A stretch of 64,000 nt of DNA from contig WARV01000019.1 of assembly GCA_013387205.1 (NCBI GenBank), positions 3,642 through 67,641 on the forward strand, written 5' to 3'. The translations under genes and the position numbers were made by a program. The notes beneath the pieces were generated by a model. The model saw nothing but the letters and a program-made list of their open reading frames with translations. It had not been told where the DNA came from and made no database searches. The stretch's first letter is position 1. Each line of letters opens with the position of its first letter. Positions 1 through 7,701 of the stretch are shown here, piece after piece. This stretch comes from Patescibacteria group bacterium. Lineage in GTDB: Bacteria; Patescibacteriota; Doudnabacteria; UBA920.

Positions 1-682
1 CAACTTCCTGCAGCTCGGAGCAGGAGAGTATGCTACGGCAGTGGTCTCGTTGCCAAAGAAAGATTCGGTCAAATTCCTGGTAATGTCCACCAGAAACGGC
101 ATGATTAAAAAAGTGCCCCGCGAAGAATTTGCCAAAGTCAGAAGGTCCGGCATGATAGCCATTTCCTTAAAAGGGGATGATGAACTAGATTGGGTGGAAG
201 CCAGCTTCGGCGATGACCAAATCATGCTTTCTACCGAAAACGGCCAAGCAATTCGCTTTAGCGAAAAAGACGTGCGCCCAATGGGCAGGACTGCCGGCGG
301 CGTAACCGGCATGCGGCTGAAGAAAGGCGACAGGATAATCAGCATGGATGTGATTAGCAAATCGTGTGATGCAAAAAAACTGGCTGTATTAGTAATTACG
401 GAAAACGGTTTGGGCAAAAAGACTGAATTGTCTTATTACAAAATACAGAGGCGCGCCGGATCGGGCATTAAAACCTTAAAAGTCACGCCCAAAACCGGCA
501 AAATCGTTTCCATGTATATCTTAAGCACCGAAGAAGAACATGACTTAGTCATAATCTCCAGAAGCGGACAAACCATAAGGACGCCGCTTAACGCCGTATC
601 AATGCTCGGACGCGCCACCCAAGGCGTCAGAGTCATGCGCCTGGACGAAAGCGACAAAGTAGCCAGCGCAACTATTATTTAA
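1..682 (+). CDS. gyrA: DNA gyrase subunit A, C-terminal beta-pinwheel (5' truncated by window)
   Basis: Repeated blade motifs (RPMGRTAGGVTGMRL, QRRAGSGIK, GRATQGVRVMRL); frame open from the window start. Confidence 0.95.
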   Translation, partial: NFLQLGAGEYATAVVSLPKKDSVKFLVMSTRNGMIKKVPREEFAKVRRSGMIAISLKGDDELDWVEASFGDDQIMLSTENGQAIRFSEKDVRPMGRTAGGVTGMRLKKGDRIISMDVISKSCDAKKLAVLVITENGLGKKTELSYYKIQRRAGSGIKTLKVTPKTGKIVSMYILSTEEEHDLVIISRSGQTIRTPLNAVSMLGRATQGVRVMRLDESDKVASATII

Positions 683-696
683 TCTTTCGAAATAAA

Positions 697-735
697 AAAC
701 GGCTAAAACCTAAATTTTCTAGGTTTTAGCCGTTT
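697..735. repeat. Palindrome family AACGGCTAAA..TTTAGCCGTT, copy 1 (others 43348-43386, 48029-48065); may act as bidirectional terminator
   Basis: aaacggctaaaaccta-aattttc-taggttttagccgttt; near-identical arms in three places. Confidence 0.85.
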
Positions 736-916
736 ATGTTATGCTACATTGCGGAGACTGTTTTGGATGTAAATCCGCATCCCAAGTCCACCACTGGCCG
801 GCTTCTTCAACAAGCTCTTTTCCGCAATGGATGCACATGGTTACTCCATGGGCGCCGGGAAATGCGGCACATCGTCCAGAAATGTCACAAGGCAAATCTT
901 CGCAAAGCCAATCCAT
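734..916 (-). CDS. Small Cys/His-rich hypothetical protein (60 aa)
   Basis: AAGGAG 8 nt before ATG, CxxC motif (CIHC), ends at the 697-735 hairpin. Confidence 0.55.
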   Translation of the reverse strand: MDWLCEDLPCDISGRCAAFPGAHGVTMCIHCGKELVEEAGQWWTWDADLHPKQSPQCSIT

Positions 917-1014
917 ATTTTACACTCCTTATAAAGTTAGGAATATTTTATAACAATCTGGGCAGAAAAGCAAAATCCTGCTTCCTAAAAAATTTGAAGT
1001 AAAACTGAAATAAT

Positions 1015-1046
1015 AAAAAGACCGTCTAATATTAGACGGTCTTTTT
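1015..1046 (-). terminator. Perfect palindrome / intrinsic terminator downstream of the tRNA
   Basis: aaaaagaccgtctaatattagacggtcttttt. Confidence 0.7.
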
Positions 1047-1047
1047 A

Positions 1048-1124
1048 TGGTGGGCGTGCTAGGATTCGAACCTAGGACCCTCAAGGTATAAGCTTGATGC
1101 TCTAACCAGCTGAGCTACACGCCC
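1048..1124 (-). tRNA. tRNA-Ile, anticodon UAU, CCA encoded
   Basis: Reverse complement GGGCGTGTAGCTCAGCTGGTTAGAGCA-TCAAG-CTTATAC-CTTGA-GGGTCCTAGGTTCGAATCCTAGCACGCCCACCA; TTGATA-17-TATAAT promoter upstream. Confidence 0.95.
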
Positions 1125-1228
1125 TATCTAAATATTTTTAATGCCTACATATTATAATAAAAAACCAGAAAGCTATCAATAGCTAAATATTTGGCAAAAT
1201 GGCTGTTGTAGTTTATATTATAGATACA

Positions 1229-2863
1229 ATGGACAATAAGGAAACCAAACCACTTTCAAACAGAAAAAAAATAGTTTATATTTCACTTCTCGGTTTGGCG
1301 CTGATTGCTTCAGCGGTTTTTGGTTTGCGCCAATACCAAAACCCCAATAACAATACGGACTTAACCCAGGAAGAACTGGCTACTTTGGTTAAACCTTCGG
1401 TTGTCAGGATAATCCAGCACGTCAGTGGAGAAATTTTTATACCGGCTTTCAGCATTGACCTGGCTTCTTTAAAAATCACCATCGAACCGAATAAGCCAGC
1501 TGTTAAACAAAAGATAGACGAATATTTGACCGGCGGCGGCGTAGTTATTAATACTGACGGTTATATTTTGACCAATTCCCATGTTATTTCCACGCAAACC
1601 ATAAAATATTTATATTTTGAAGAGGCCATAAAAGCAGTTTTGGAAGAAAAAATTAAAAACCTTCCCCAGGAAGATTTAGCGGGCGTATTAAAAAACGAGC
1701 AAAGGATCCTGGATTTATTGGAACAAAACAGGGAAGTGTTGGAACAACAAGGCAATTCCAAATTATCAGGATCCGTATTTGTACTAAAGCCATCCAGCAC
1801 TTCGGAAAGCCTGGAAAGCTTGCTTAACGAAGCCTACCAGGCGGAAATTATAAGCGCCAATGATAATTTTTTACAAGACGAAATTGATGTCGGAATTATA
1901 AAAATTAAGGCAAGCGGACTGCCTTCGTTGCCTCTTGGTGATTCTAAAAACATCAGTTCCGGCAGCAAAATTTTCGTTGCAGGCTTTCCTGCCACGGCGG
2001 AATTTAATTCCAGGAACCCGTTAGAGCCATCTTTTACCCAAGGGGTAATTAGTGCGGTAAAATATTCCCAAAGCAAAGATTTCAGCATATTGCAGACTGA
2101 CGCCAAAATCTCCCAAGGCTCCAGCGGCGGCCCGCTGTTTAATACCAAAGGGGAAGTGGTGGGAATCATTACTTTCCAAACCGACCAATCCATTGTCAAC
2201 CAGGGCGACAATTTTGCCTTTGCCATCCCTTCACAAGTTGCCAAAAATATCCTTTCTGGTAAAAATATTGCCAATACCCAAGGAAATTATTACGTGCATT
2301 TGGCTAGCGGACTGGAATTTATGAATGGACTGCACTGCCAAAAAGCCTTGGCAGAATTCAGCCTCAGCCAAACCAATTCTGATTTTGCCACGGAAAAATA
2401 TTTAAACCCCCTTAAAGACAAGTGCAACCAGCAAATAACGGACGGAAACTCTGTTGATGGAAATTTTCAGGAATTTTTGTCCCAAATTAAAAACGTAAAC
2501 GGCTTTGCCTGGTTTGTAGTCGTAGGGAGAATGGTGCTAATTGTTGCGGGGGTGTGTATTTTATGGCTTACCTTTAATCGCTTTAAAGATGACGAGTATG
2601 TATTAACCAACCTGTCAAAAAGTTTTCACGAGCAGCAGCTTTTATTCGAAGCTTTGGAAAAAAAGGGAATCATATTGCCCGAACCCGAACAAGAACTCCA
2701 TTCCGAAAAACGCCTAAACCTTTCCATTCCTCATCCGCATATAATTGACTACGTTAAAGAGGCGAGGGAAGTGGGATTAAAAGATTCCGACATTTCTGCA
2801 GAGCTTCTAAAAGCCGGCTGGAGCCACGAAGAAATTTCCCATGCTTTAAACTACAAAGAATAA
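1229..2863 (+). CDS. Membrane-anchored trypsin-like (HtrA-type, no PDZ) serine protease
   Basis: TNSHV, DVG, GSSGGP catalytic motifs; N-terminal and C-terminal TM segments; start chosen at ATG 1229. Confidence 0.85.
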   Translation: MDNKETKPLSNRKKIVYISLLGLALIASAVFGLRQYQNPNNNTDLTQEELATLVKPSVVRIIQHVSGEIFIPAFSIDLASLKITIEPNKPAVKQKIDEYLTGGGVVINTDGYILTNSHVISTQTIKYLYFEEAIKAVLEEKIKNLPQEDLAGVLKNEQRILDLLEQNREVLEQQGNSKLSGSVFVLKPSSTSESLESLLNEAYQAEIISANDNFLQDEIDVGIIKIKASGLPSLPLGDSKNISSGSKIFVAGFPATAEFNSRNPLEPSFTQGVISAVKYSQSKDFSILQTDAKISQGSSGGPLFNTKGEVVGIITFQTDQSIVNQGDNFAFAIPSQVAKNILSGKNIANTQGNYYVHLASGLEFMNGLHCQKALAEFSLSQTNSDFATEKYLNPLKDKCNQQITDGNSVDGNFQEFLSQIKNVNGFAWFVVVGRMVLIVAGVCILWLTFNRFKDDEYVLTNLSKSFHEQQLLFEALEKKGIILPEPEQELHSEKRLNLSIPHPHIIDYVKEAREVGLKDSDISAELLKAGWSHEEISHALNYKE

Positions 2864-2892
2864 TTTGCGTCATATATTATACGTAAAACTAA

Positions 2893-2934
2893 ACCTAGGA
2901 CCAATTTTAACGGCCGTTAAAATTGGTCCTAGGT
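2893..2934. repeat. Perfect 42-bp palindrome centred on ACGGCCGT
   Basis: acctaggaccaattttaacgg|ccgttaaaattggtcctaggt. Confidence 0.95.
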
Positions 2935-2942
2935 CGCAATTA

Positions 2943-3467
2943 CTACTTTAGATTGTAGCGCTTTTTTAAATCAGCGTCGTCATCAATTTCATCAACTTTA
3001 ATAATTCTGATGTAATATATTAGCCTGGATTGTTTTAAGTATTCAACAGCCTCTCTGTTTAAAGGAAACGGGTTAATATACACGCTTGCCTGTAATTTAT
3101 AAAAACTATTCCGTTTTAGCAAATCTCGTAGCTGATTTCTCTTTTCTTTGCAGTCTTCCGGAATGTCGAATACTATCATTCTCCACTTTTTATCCCATTG
3201 TTGGGGAGCGGGCAGCCTGGCTTTTACAAGCAACGCCTCAAGTTCTCCATTTTTTGTTAATTTAATAAATCTTTCTGCGTCTTTATTGACAAACTTTATC
3301 CAGCCGCGCTTTTGCCATTTATACAAAGTCCTTCTATAACTTCCCTGATTGCCAAATAAAGCACGATTCCTTAATTTGTAAGGATTCATTAGAGGAATCA
3401 ATGTGTCTTCAGCAGCTAAAAGGGATAACAAAAGTTTGCTGGACATGGTTAGTTCCTTTTTTCCCAT
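2943..3467 (-). CDS. PaaX-like protein (N-terminal winged helix, C-terminal Cas2-like ferredoxin fold)
   Basis: YRRTLYKWQKRGWI..IKLTKNG wHTH wing; WDKKWRMIVFDIPE..RNQLRDLLKRNSFYKLQASVYI is the PaaX central/Cas2-like signature; likely start ATG 3467. Confidence 0.85.
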   Translation of the reverse strand: MGKKELTMSSKLLLSLLAAEDTLIPLMNPYKLRNRALFGNQGSYRRTLYKWQKRGWIKFVNKDAERFIKLTKNGELEALLVKARLPAPQQWDKKWRMIVFDIPEDCKEKRNQLRDLLKRNSFYKLQASVYINPFPLNREAVEYLKQSRLIYYIRIIKVDEIDDDADLKKRYNLK

Positions 3468-3488
3468 ATGTTTTTTGTTAATGGTCTG

Positions 3489-3526
3489 TTGTGACCATTT
3501 TTTACGGCCGTTTAAAACGGTCACAA
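3489..3526. repeat. Imperfect ACGGCCGT-centred palindrome just downstream of the PaaX-like gene promoter (operator-like)
   Basis: ttgtgaccattttttacggccgtttaaaacggtcacaa; minus-strand TGcTAAAAT extended -10 at about 3530-3538. Confidence 0.75.
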
Positions 3527-3609
3527 TAATATTTTAGCAAACTGTTAATGTGAAATAAAATTGCAGAAAAAGACTAGACAAAAATCCTAAAATCTGCTAT
3601 AATACCTAT

Positions 3610-3803
3610 AGAAAAGTTAGTTCTTCATTTAGAAGAAACAAAAATAAAAAATAATTAAATATAAAAATCCAGGCAAGGACTCTTGCCTATCACCATCCTT
3701 ATTTTTTGGATGTTCGGCTGCAAGGTGATTCTTGCAGCTAACCCTAGCTTCTTCTAGCTTTTCTTAAAAACCCCTAAAATCACTTTCTAGGGGTTTTTAT
3801 TTT
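3610..3803 (+). ncRNA. Candidate structured small RNA (~190 nt)
   Basis: TAGACA-17-TATAAT promoter 3575-3603, several hairpins, terminator 3766-3803, no credible ORF. Confidence 0.5.
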
Positions 3804-3840
3804 GCGGAATTTAAGGTAAAATGTTTAAGAAAGCAATAAA

Positions 3841-3935
3841 TATAATCCGAATTACCCGAATAATATCCAAATGACCCGAATAGGGAAGGAATCATTTGGG
3901 GCATTCGGATACTAATTCGGGGCATTAGGATTACA
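3841..3935 (+). repeat. Family A tandem-inverted hairpin element (CCGAAT units), copy 1
   Basis: Homologous copies at 16603-16693, 19626-19718, 22534-22615, 24590-24687. Confidence 0.9.
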
Positions 3936-3940
3936 TCTTT

Positions 3941-4219
3941 ATGGATAACGAAGAAATAAAGTCACTTTTTGAGGAAAAATACCAGGATAATTTAGGTATG
4001 TCTTTTGATCAGTGGCAGGAAAAAGGCCCGAAGACAGAAGAGCAAGCCTACGCCCGCTGCATGGAAATAGACCGCGAGCTCAACCGCACTTATGACGAAT
4101 GGTTCGAGGCCAAAGGAGATAAAAGGGACCAGCTCCAGGACCACCGCGACAAGCTAAAAGCAGAATATGATTTAATAGAAGACATTTACCATTTAGAAGC
4201 AAACGATCGCAACTGGTAA
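3941..4219 (+). CDS. Hypothetical acidic helical protein (92 aa)
   Basis: Clean ORF with protein-like composition. Confidence 0.75.
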   Translation: MDNEEIKSLFEEKYQDNLGMSFDQWQEKGPKTEEQAYARCMEIDRELNRTYDEWFEAKGDKRDQLQDHRDKLKAEYDLIEDIYHLEANDRNW

Positions 4220-4223
4220 CACC

Positions 4224-4300
4224 TCTACGAAATACTAAATTATACGAAAGGTACGAAACTACAGATTTAGTATATTTAGTATTTATTAGTATTTAGTAGA
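4224..4300 (+). repeat. Family B tandem-inverted element (TACTAAA/TACGAAA units)
   Basis: Related copies at 20811-20935 and half copy 29463-29498. Confidence 0.8.
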
Positions 4301-4307
4301 AACATTT

Positions 4308-5075
4308 ATGAAGACTTTTATCACAAACCGCAAAGGGCAAAAAATTGCAGTGATTGTTGAAGAAATACCAAACGCCAAAGGTCTGGCTTTTGTCATGCAT
4401 GGGTTGAGTGGCAACAAAGAACAGGCTCATATTCAAACCTTTGCCAAAAGCTTTGTTGATTCCGGCTATACCACTGTACTATTTGATACCACCAACACTT
4501 TTGGAGAAAGCGATGGTAATTACGAAGATGCTACAGCTACCAATTATTACGAAGACCTGGAAGATGTGATTTCTTGGTCGAAAACCCAAAGCTGGTATCA
4601 AGAGCCGTTTTGTTTAGCAGGACACAGTTTGGGAGGATTATGCGTAGCGCTTTACGCCGAAAAGCATCCCGAACAAATAAAAGCGTTGGCACCAGCAGCC
4701 ACTGTGGTATCGGGTGAACTCAGCGAACAAAATAAGATGAGCAAAGGGGAACTGGAAAACTGGAAAAAAACCGGATGGAGAACAGAAACAAGTACCAACA
4801 TGCCAGGTTTAATCAAAAAATTAAAATGGTCGCATATGGAAGATCGTTTAAAATACGATCTGCTGCCGGAAGCCCGTAAGTTAACAATGCCTGTTTTGAT
4901 GATTGTCGGCAGCGAAGATAACAGCACTCCCCCAAAACACCAACAAATCCTTTTTGACGCTTTGCCGGGGAAAAAAGAATTGCATATCATTAAAGGCGCT
5001 CCGCATACTTTTAGGGAAGAAAACCATCTTAAAGAAATCAAAACCATTTTCAATGAATGGATTAAAAAAATATGA
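4308..5075 (+). CDS. Alpha/beta hydrolase
   Basis: HG oxyanion motif, GHSLG nucleophile elbow, GSED and APH triad residues. Confidence 0.9.
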   Translation: MKTFITNRKGQKIAVIVEEIPNAKGLAFVMHGLSGNKEQAHIQTFAKSFVDSGYTTVLFDTTNTFGESDGNYEDATATNYYEDLEDVISWSKTQSWYQEPFCLAGHSLGGLCVALYAEKHPEQIKALAPAATVVSGELSEQNKMSKGELENWKKTGWRTETSTNMPGLIKKLKWSHMEDRLKYDLLPEARKLTMPVLMIVGSEDNSTPPKHQQILFDALPGKKELHIIKGAPHTFREENHLKEIKTIFNEWIKKI

Positions 5076-5428
5076 ACCAAGTTCTATATAAAATACTATC
5101 AATTGCGGTTTTGTTTTGCGGGGAGTTTTTAGCTATTTACGCCGAGCTTTATGCAGCCAGAGCATATGCCGACCAAAACCGGTTAGCTTCTGGCTTTGCC
5201 ATTAAAGCGGCAATTATTGCTACTGTCGCGGGCTTTTTTCTGGTAACAGGATACTTAACCGGATACAAACTATTTAAAAATATTTGGGTTGTCAGTGTTA
5301 TTTCTGTCACCTCGATTTTAATACTGGAACCGATAATGAACGTAACCATGTTCCATCAAACCCCAACCAAAGGAGCCGCAGTGGGTTTTGTTTTGGGAGT
5401 CTTAGGATTAATCGCGGCCATGCTTTAA
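5072..5428 (+). CDS. Small four-TM membrane protein (SMR/DMT-like)
   Basis: 118 aa, four hydrophobic segments, ATGA overlap with upstream gene. Confidence 0.7.
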   Translation: MNQVLYKILSIAVLFCGEFLAIYAELYAARAYADQNRLASGFAIKAAIIATVAGFFLVTGYLTGYKLFKNIWVVSVISVTSILILEPIMNVTMFHQTPTKGAAVGFVLGVLGLIAAML

Positions 5429-5430
5429 CT

Positions 5431-6099
5431 ATGCTTTACGTTGTAGCTACGCCTATCGGCAATTTAAAAGATATTACTTTGCGCGCCATAGAAACACTAA
5501 GGTCTTGCGATTTTGTGATTGCGGAAAACCCTGGGTACTCCAAACGGCTTTTGCAGCATATTGATGCCTGGCCTAAAGAAATTGTCCAGTTTGCGGAGTT
5601 TAACGAGCAGCAAGTGGTAAAAGAACTGGCGCGCAGGATGGTAAAAGGAGAAGGCTGCTTGATTACCGATGCAGGCACGCCGGGAATTTCTGACCCTGGT
5701 TTCAGACTGGTAAGGGAATGTGTGAAAGAAGGCGTTCAGGTCGTGCCAATACCTGGCGCTTCCGCGGCAGTTGCCGCGCTTTCGGCTTCCGGCCTGCCTA
5801 CTGACAGGTTTTTATTCTTAGGCTTCCTGCAAAAGACCGCTGCCAAAACCATTGGCGCTTTGCAAGCCGCGGCAGACACCGAAGCTACGGCAATATTTTA
5901 CGAATCACCGGAAAGAATTTACAAAACCATGGGTTATGTTGCCAATGCGTTTCCGGCCAGCCAAGTCGTAATAGCGCGCGAACTGACTAAAATGCACGAA
6001 GAATTTATCCGCGGCACAGCCGGAGAAGTCCTGGAAAAGCTTAAAGAAAAAACATCCATCAAAGGCGAATTTACCGTTCTGATTAGCTTCAAATCTTAA
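5431..6099 (+). CDS. rsmI: 16S rRNA C1402 2'-O-methyltransferase
   Basis: MLYVVATPIGNLKDIT, DAGTPGISDPG, RELTKMHEE; true start ATG 5431. Confidence 0.95.
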   Translation: MLYVVATPIGNLKDITLRAIETLRSCDFVIAENPGYSKRLLQHIDAWPKEIVQFAEFNEQQVVKELARRMVKGEGCLITDAGTPGISDPGFRLVRECVKEGVQVVPIPGASAAVAALSASGLPTDRFLFLGFLQKTAAKTIGALQAAADTEATAIFYESPERIYKTMGYVANAFPASQVVIARELTKMHEEFIRGTAGEVLEKLKEKTSIKGEFTVLISFKS

Positions 6100-6128
6100 T
6101 TCATAATTCTAAATTCTTAATTCTATTT

Positions 6129-6842
6129 ATGTCTGGACATTCAAAGTGGGCGCAAATTAAAAGAACCAAGGGAGTCCTTGACCAAAAGCGGGGGCTGTTG
6201 TTTTCAAAATTATCAAAAAAGATTTCCATAGCCGTCAAAGAAGGGGGGAGCGGAGATCCTTCCACTAACTACAAACTAAAATCCGCGGTGGAATACGCCA
6301 AAGACCAGGGAATGCCAAACGATAACATTGAGCGCGCCATTAAAAATACGGCCAATGCCGGGGAAATCAAGGAAGTGGTTTACGAAGGCTACGGGCCTTT
6401 TGGCACGGCTTTTTTAGTTGAAGCGGCAACAGACAACCCCAATCGCACCACCAACAACATTAAGCATATTTTTTCCAAAGCCGGCGGCAATATGGGCAGC
6501 CAGGGAAGCGTGGCCTGGCAGTTCATCACCAAAGGACAAATTCTTGTAGAAAGAGATAGGGAAGACTTGTCGGATTTGGAACTGGCAGCAATTGATGCCG
6601 GCGCAGAAGACGTGAGAGAATCGGAAGAAGGCCTGGAAGTATACACCTTGCCTTTAGACGTACAAAAAATCAAACAAGCTTTAATTACAGCCGGAGCAAA
6701 AATTGCCCGAGCGGATATAATTAAGGAGTCGTCGCAAGGAACGGATTTAACGGAAGAACAAAAACCGAAAGTAGACACGCTATTTGCTGAACTGGAAAAC
6801 GACGAAGACGTAATTGCGGTACACACCTCCGCAAACCTTTAA
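6129..6842 (+). CDS. yebC: YebC/PmpR family protein
   Basis: MSGHSKWAQIK, YEGYGP, TDNPNRT. Confidence 0.95.
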   Translation: MSGHSKWAQIKRTKGVLDQKRGLLFSKLSKKISIAVKEGGSGDPSTNYKLKSAVEYAKDQGMPNDNIERAIKNTANAGEIKEVVYEGYGPFGTAFLVEAATDNPNRTTNNIKHIFSKAGGNMGSQGSVAWQFITKGQILVERDREDLSDLELAAIDAGAEDVRESEEGLEVYTLPLDVQKIKQALITAGAKIARADIIKESSQGTDLTEEQKPKVDTLFAELENDEDVIAVHTSANL

Positions 6843-6845
6843 TTT

Positions 6846-6915
6846 TAAACATTCAAACATCTAAACATTTAAGCATTTTGCTGATGTTTATATGTTTACA
6901 TGCTTATATGTTTTT
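6846..6915 (+). repeat. Tandem-inverted element with 8-mer AAACATYY units before ruvC
   Basis: aaacattc aaacatct aaacattt aagcattt ... atgtttat atgtttac atgcttat atgttttt. Confidence 0.75.
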
Positions 6916-7422
6916 ATGATTATACTAGGTATTGACCCGGGAACAGCCACAACCGGATACGGAATTATCAAGCCAGCCAAAAGGCAAGGGGAGTTTGAAT
7001 TGGTGGATTTTGGCGTAATAACAACCAAAAAAGACTTGAGCGATGCCGCGAGGCTAGAAATTTTAGCAGGAGATTTGGAAAGCATTATAAAAAAATTCAA
7101 GCCAGATGCCGTGGGGGTGGAAAAACTTTTTCTAACCACCAACCAAAAAACCGTAATGACCGTGTCCCAAGCCAGGGGAGTGGTGCTGTTTATCTGCCAA
7201 AAGCATAAACTGCCAATTGCAGAATTCACGCCGCTGCAGGTAAAAAATTTCATTTGCGGTTATGGCAAAGCCGACAAAAAACAAGTGCAATACATCATTC
7301 AAAAAACTTTCAAACTAAAATCCGTCCCAAAGCCGGATGACGCGGCAGACGCTTTGGCTATTGCGGTCTGCACCGCTTACCGCCAGCAAAGAGAAAACAA
7401 TTTATCCACTAGACGAAGATAA
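6916..7422 (+). CDS. ruvC: Holliday junction resolvase
   Basis: MIILGIDPG, VEKLF, GYGKADKKQV, DDAADALAIA; start ATG 6916. Confidence 0.95.
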   Translation: MIILGIDPGTATTGYGIIKPAKRQGEFELVDFGVITTKKDLSDAARLEILAGDLESIIKKFKPDAVGVEKLFLTTNQKTVMTVSQARGVVLFICQKHKLPIAEFTPLQVKNFICGYGKADKKQVQYIIQKTFKLKSVPKPDDAADALAIAVCTAYRQQRENNLSTRRR

Positions 7423-7561
7423 ATGCGGCTGTTATAATTGGCCTAAGTCAAGCTCCTAATCAATTTAATCCCGGTTAGATACATCTAACAGGAAAGTTCC
7501 CCTAAAATTTGAGCCTGATAAACGGCCAAGGATTTTACGGAACTCAAGGAGAAACATAAAA

Positions 7562-7666
7562 ATGTTTTTTGATGACGAACAAACCACAACGCCAGCCGAT
7601 GACACAATGGCCGACACGCCAGAAGAAACACAGGAAGAAGAAACTGCTGGCGAAGAGCAAGTATAA
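7562..7666 (+). CDS. Unannotated acidic microprotein (34 aa) MFFDDEQTTTPADDTMADTPEETQEEETAGEEQV
   Basis: Own promoter TAGACG-17-TATAAT (7410-7438), AAGGAG upstream, terminator 7670-7697. Confidence 0.65.
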   Translation: MFFDDEQTTTPADDTMADTPEETQEEETAGEEQV

Positions 7667-7669
7667 ACA

Positions 7670-7697
7670 AAAACCCTCCCGACCCCGGGAGGGTTTT
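7670..7697. terminator. Bidirectional intrinsic terminator
   Basis: aaaaccctcccg-accc-cgggagggtttt between convergent genes. Confidence 0.75.
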
Positions 7698-7701
7698 ATA
7701 A

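Noticed and set aside
2943-3935. CRISPR-Cas locus (Cas2-like gene next to repeats)
   Set aside because: No regularly spaced direct repeats with unique spacers and no cas1; the nearby repeats are inverted hairpin elements
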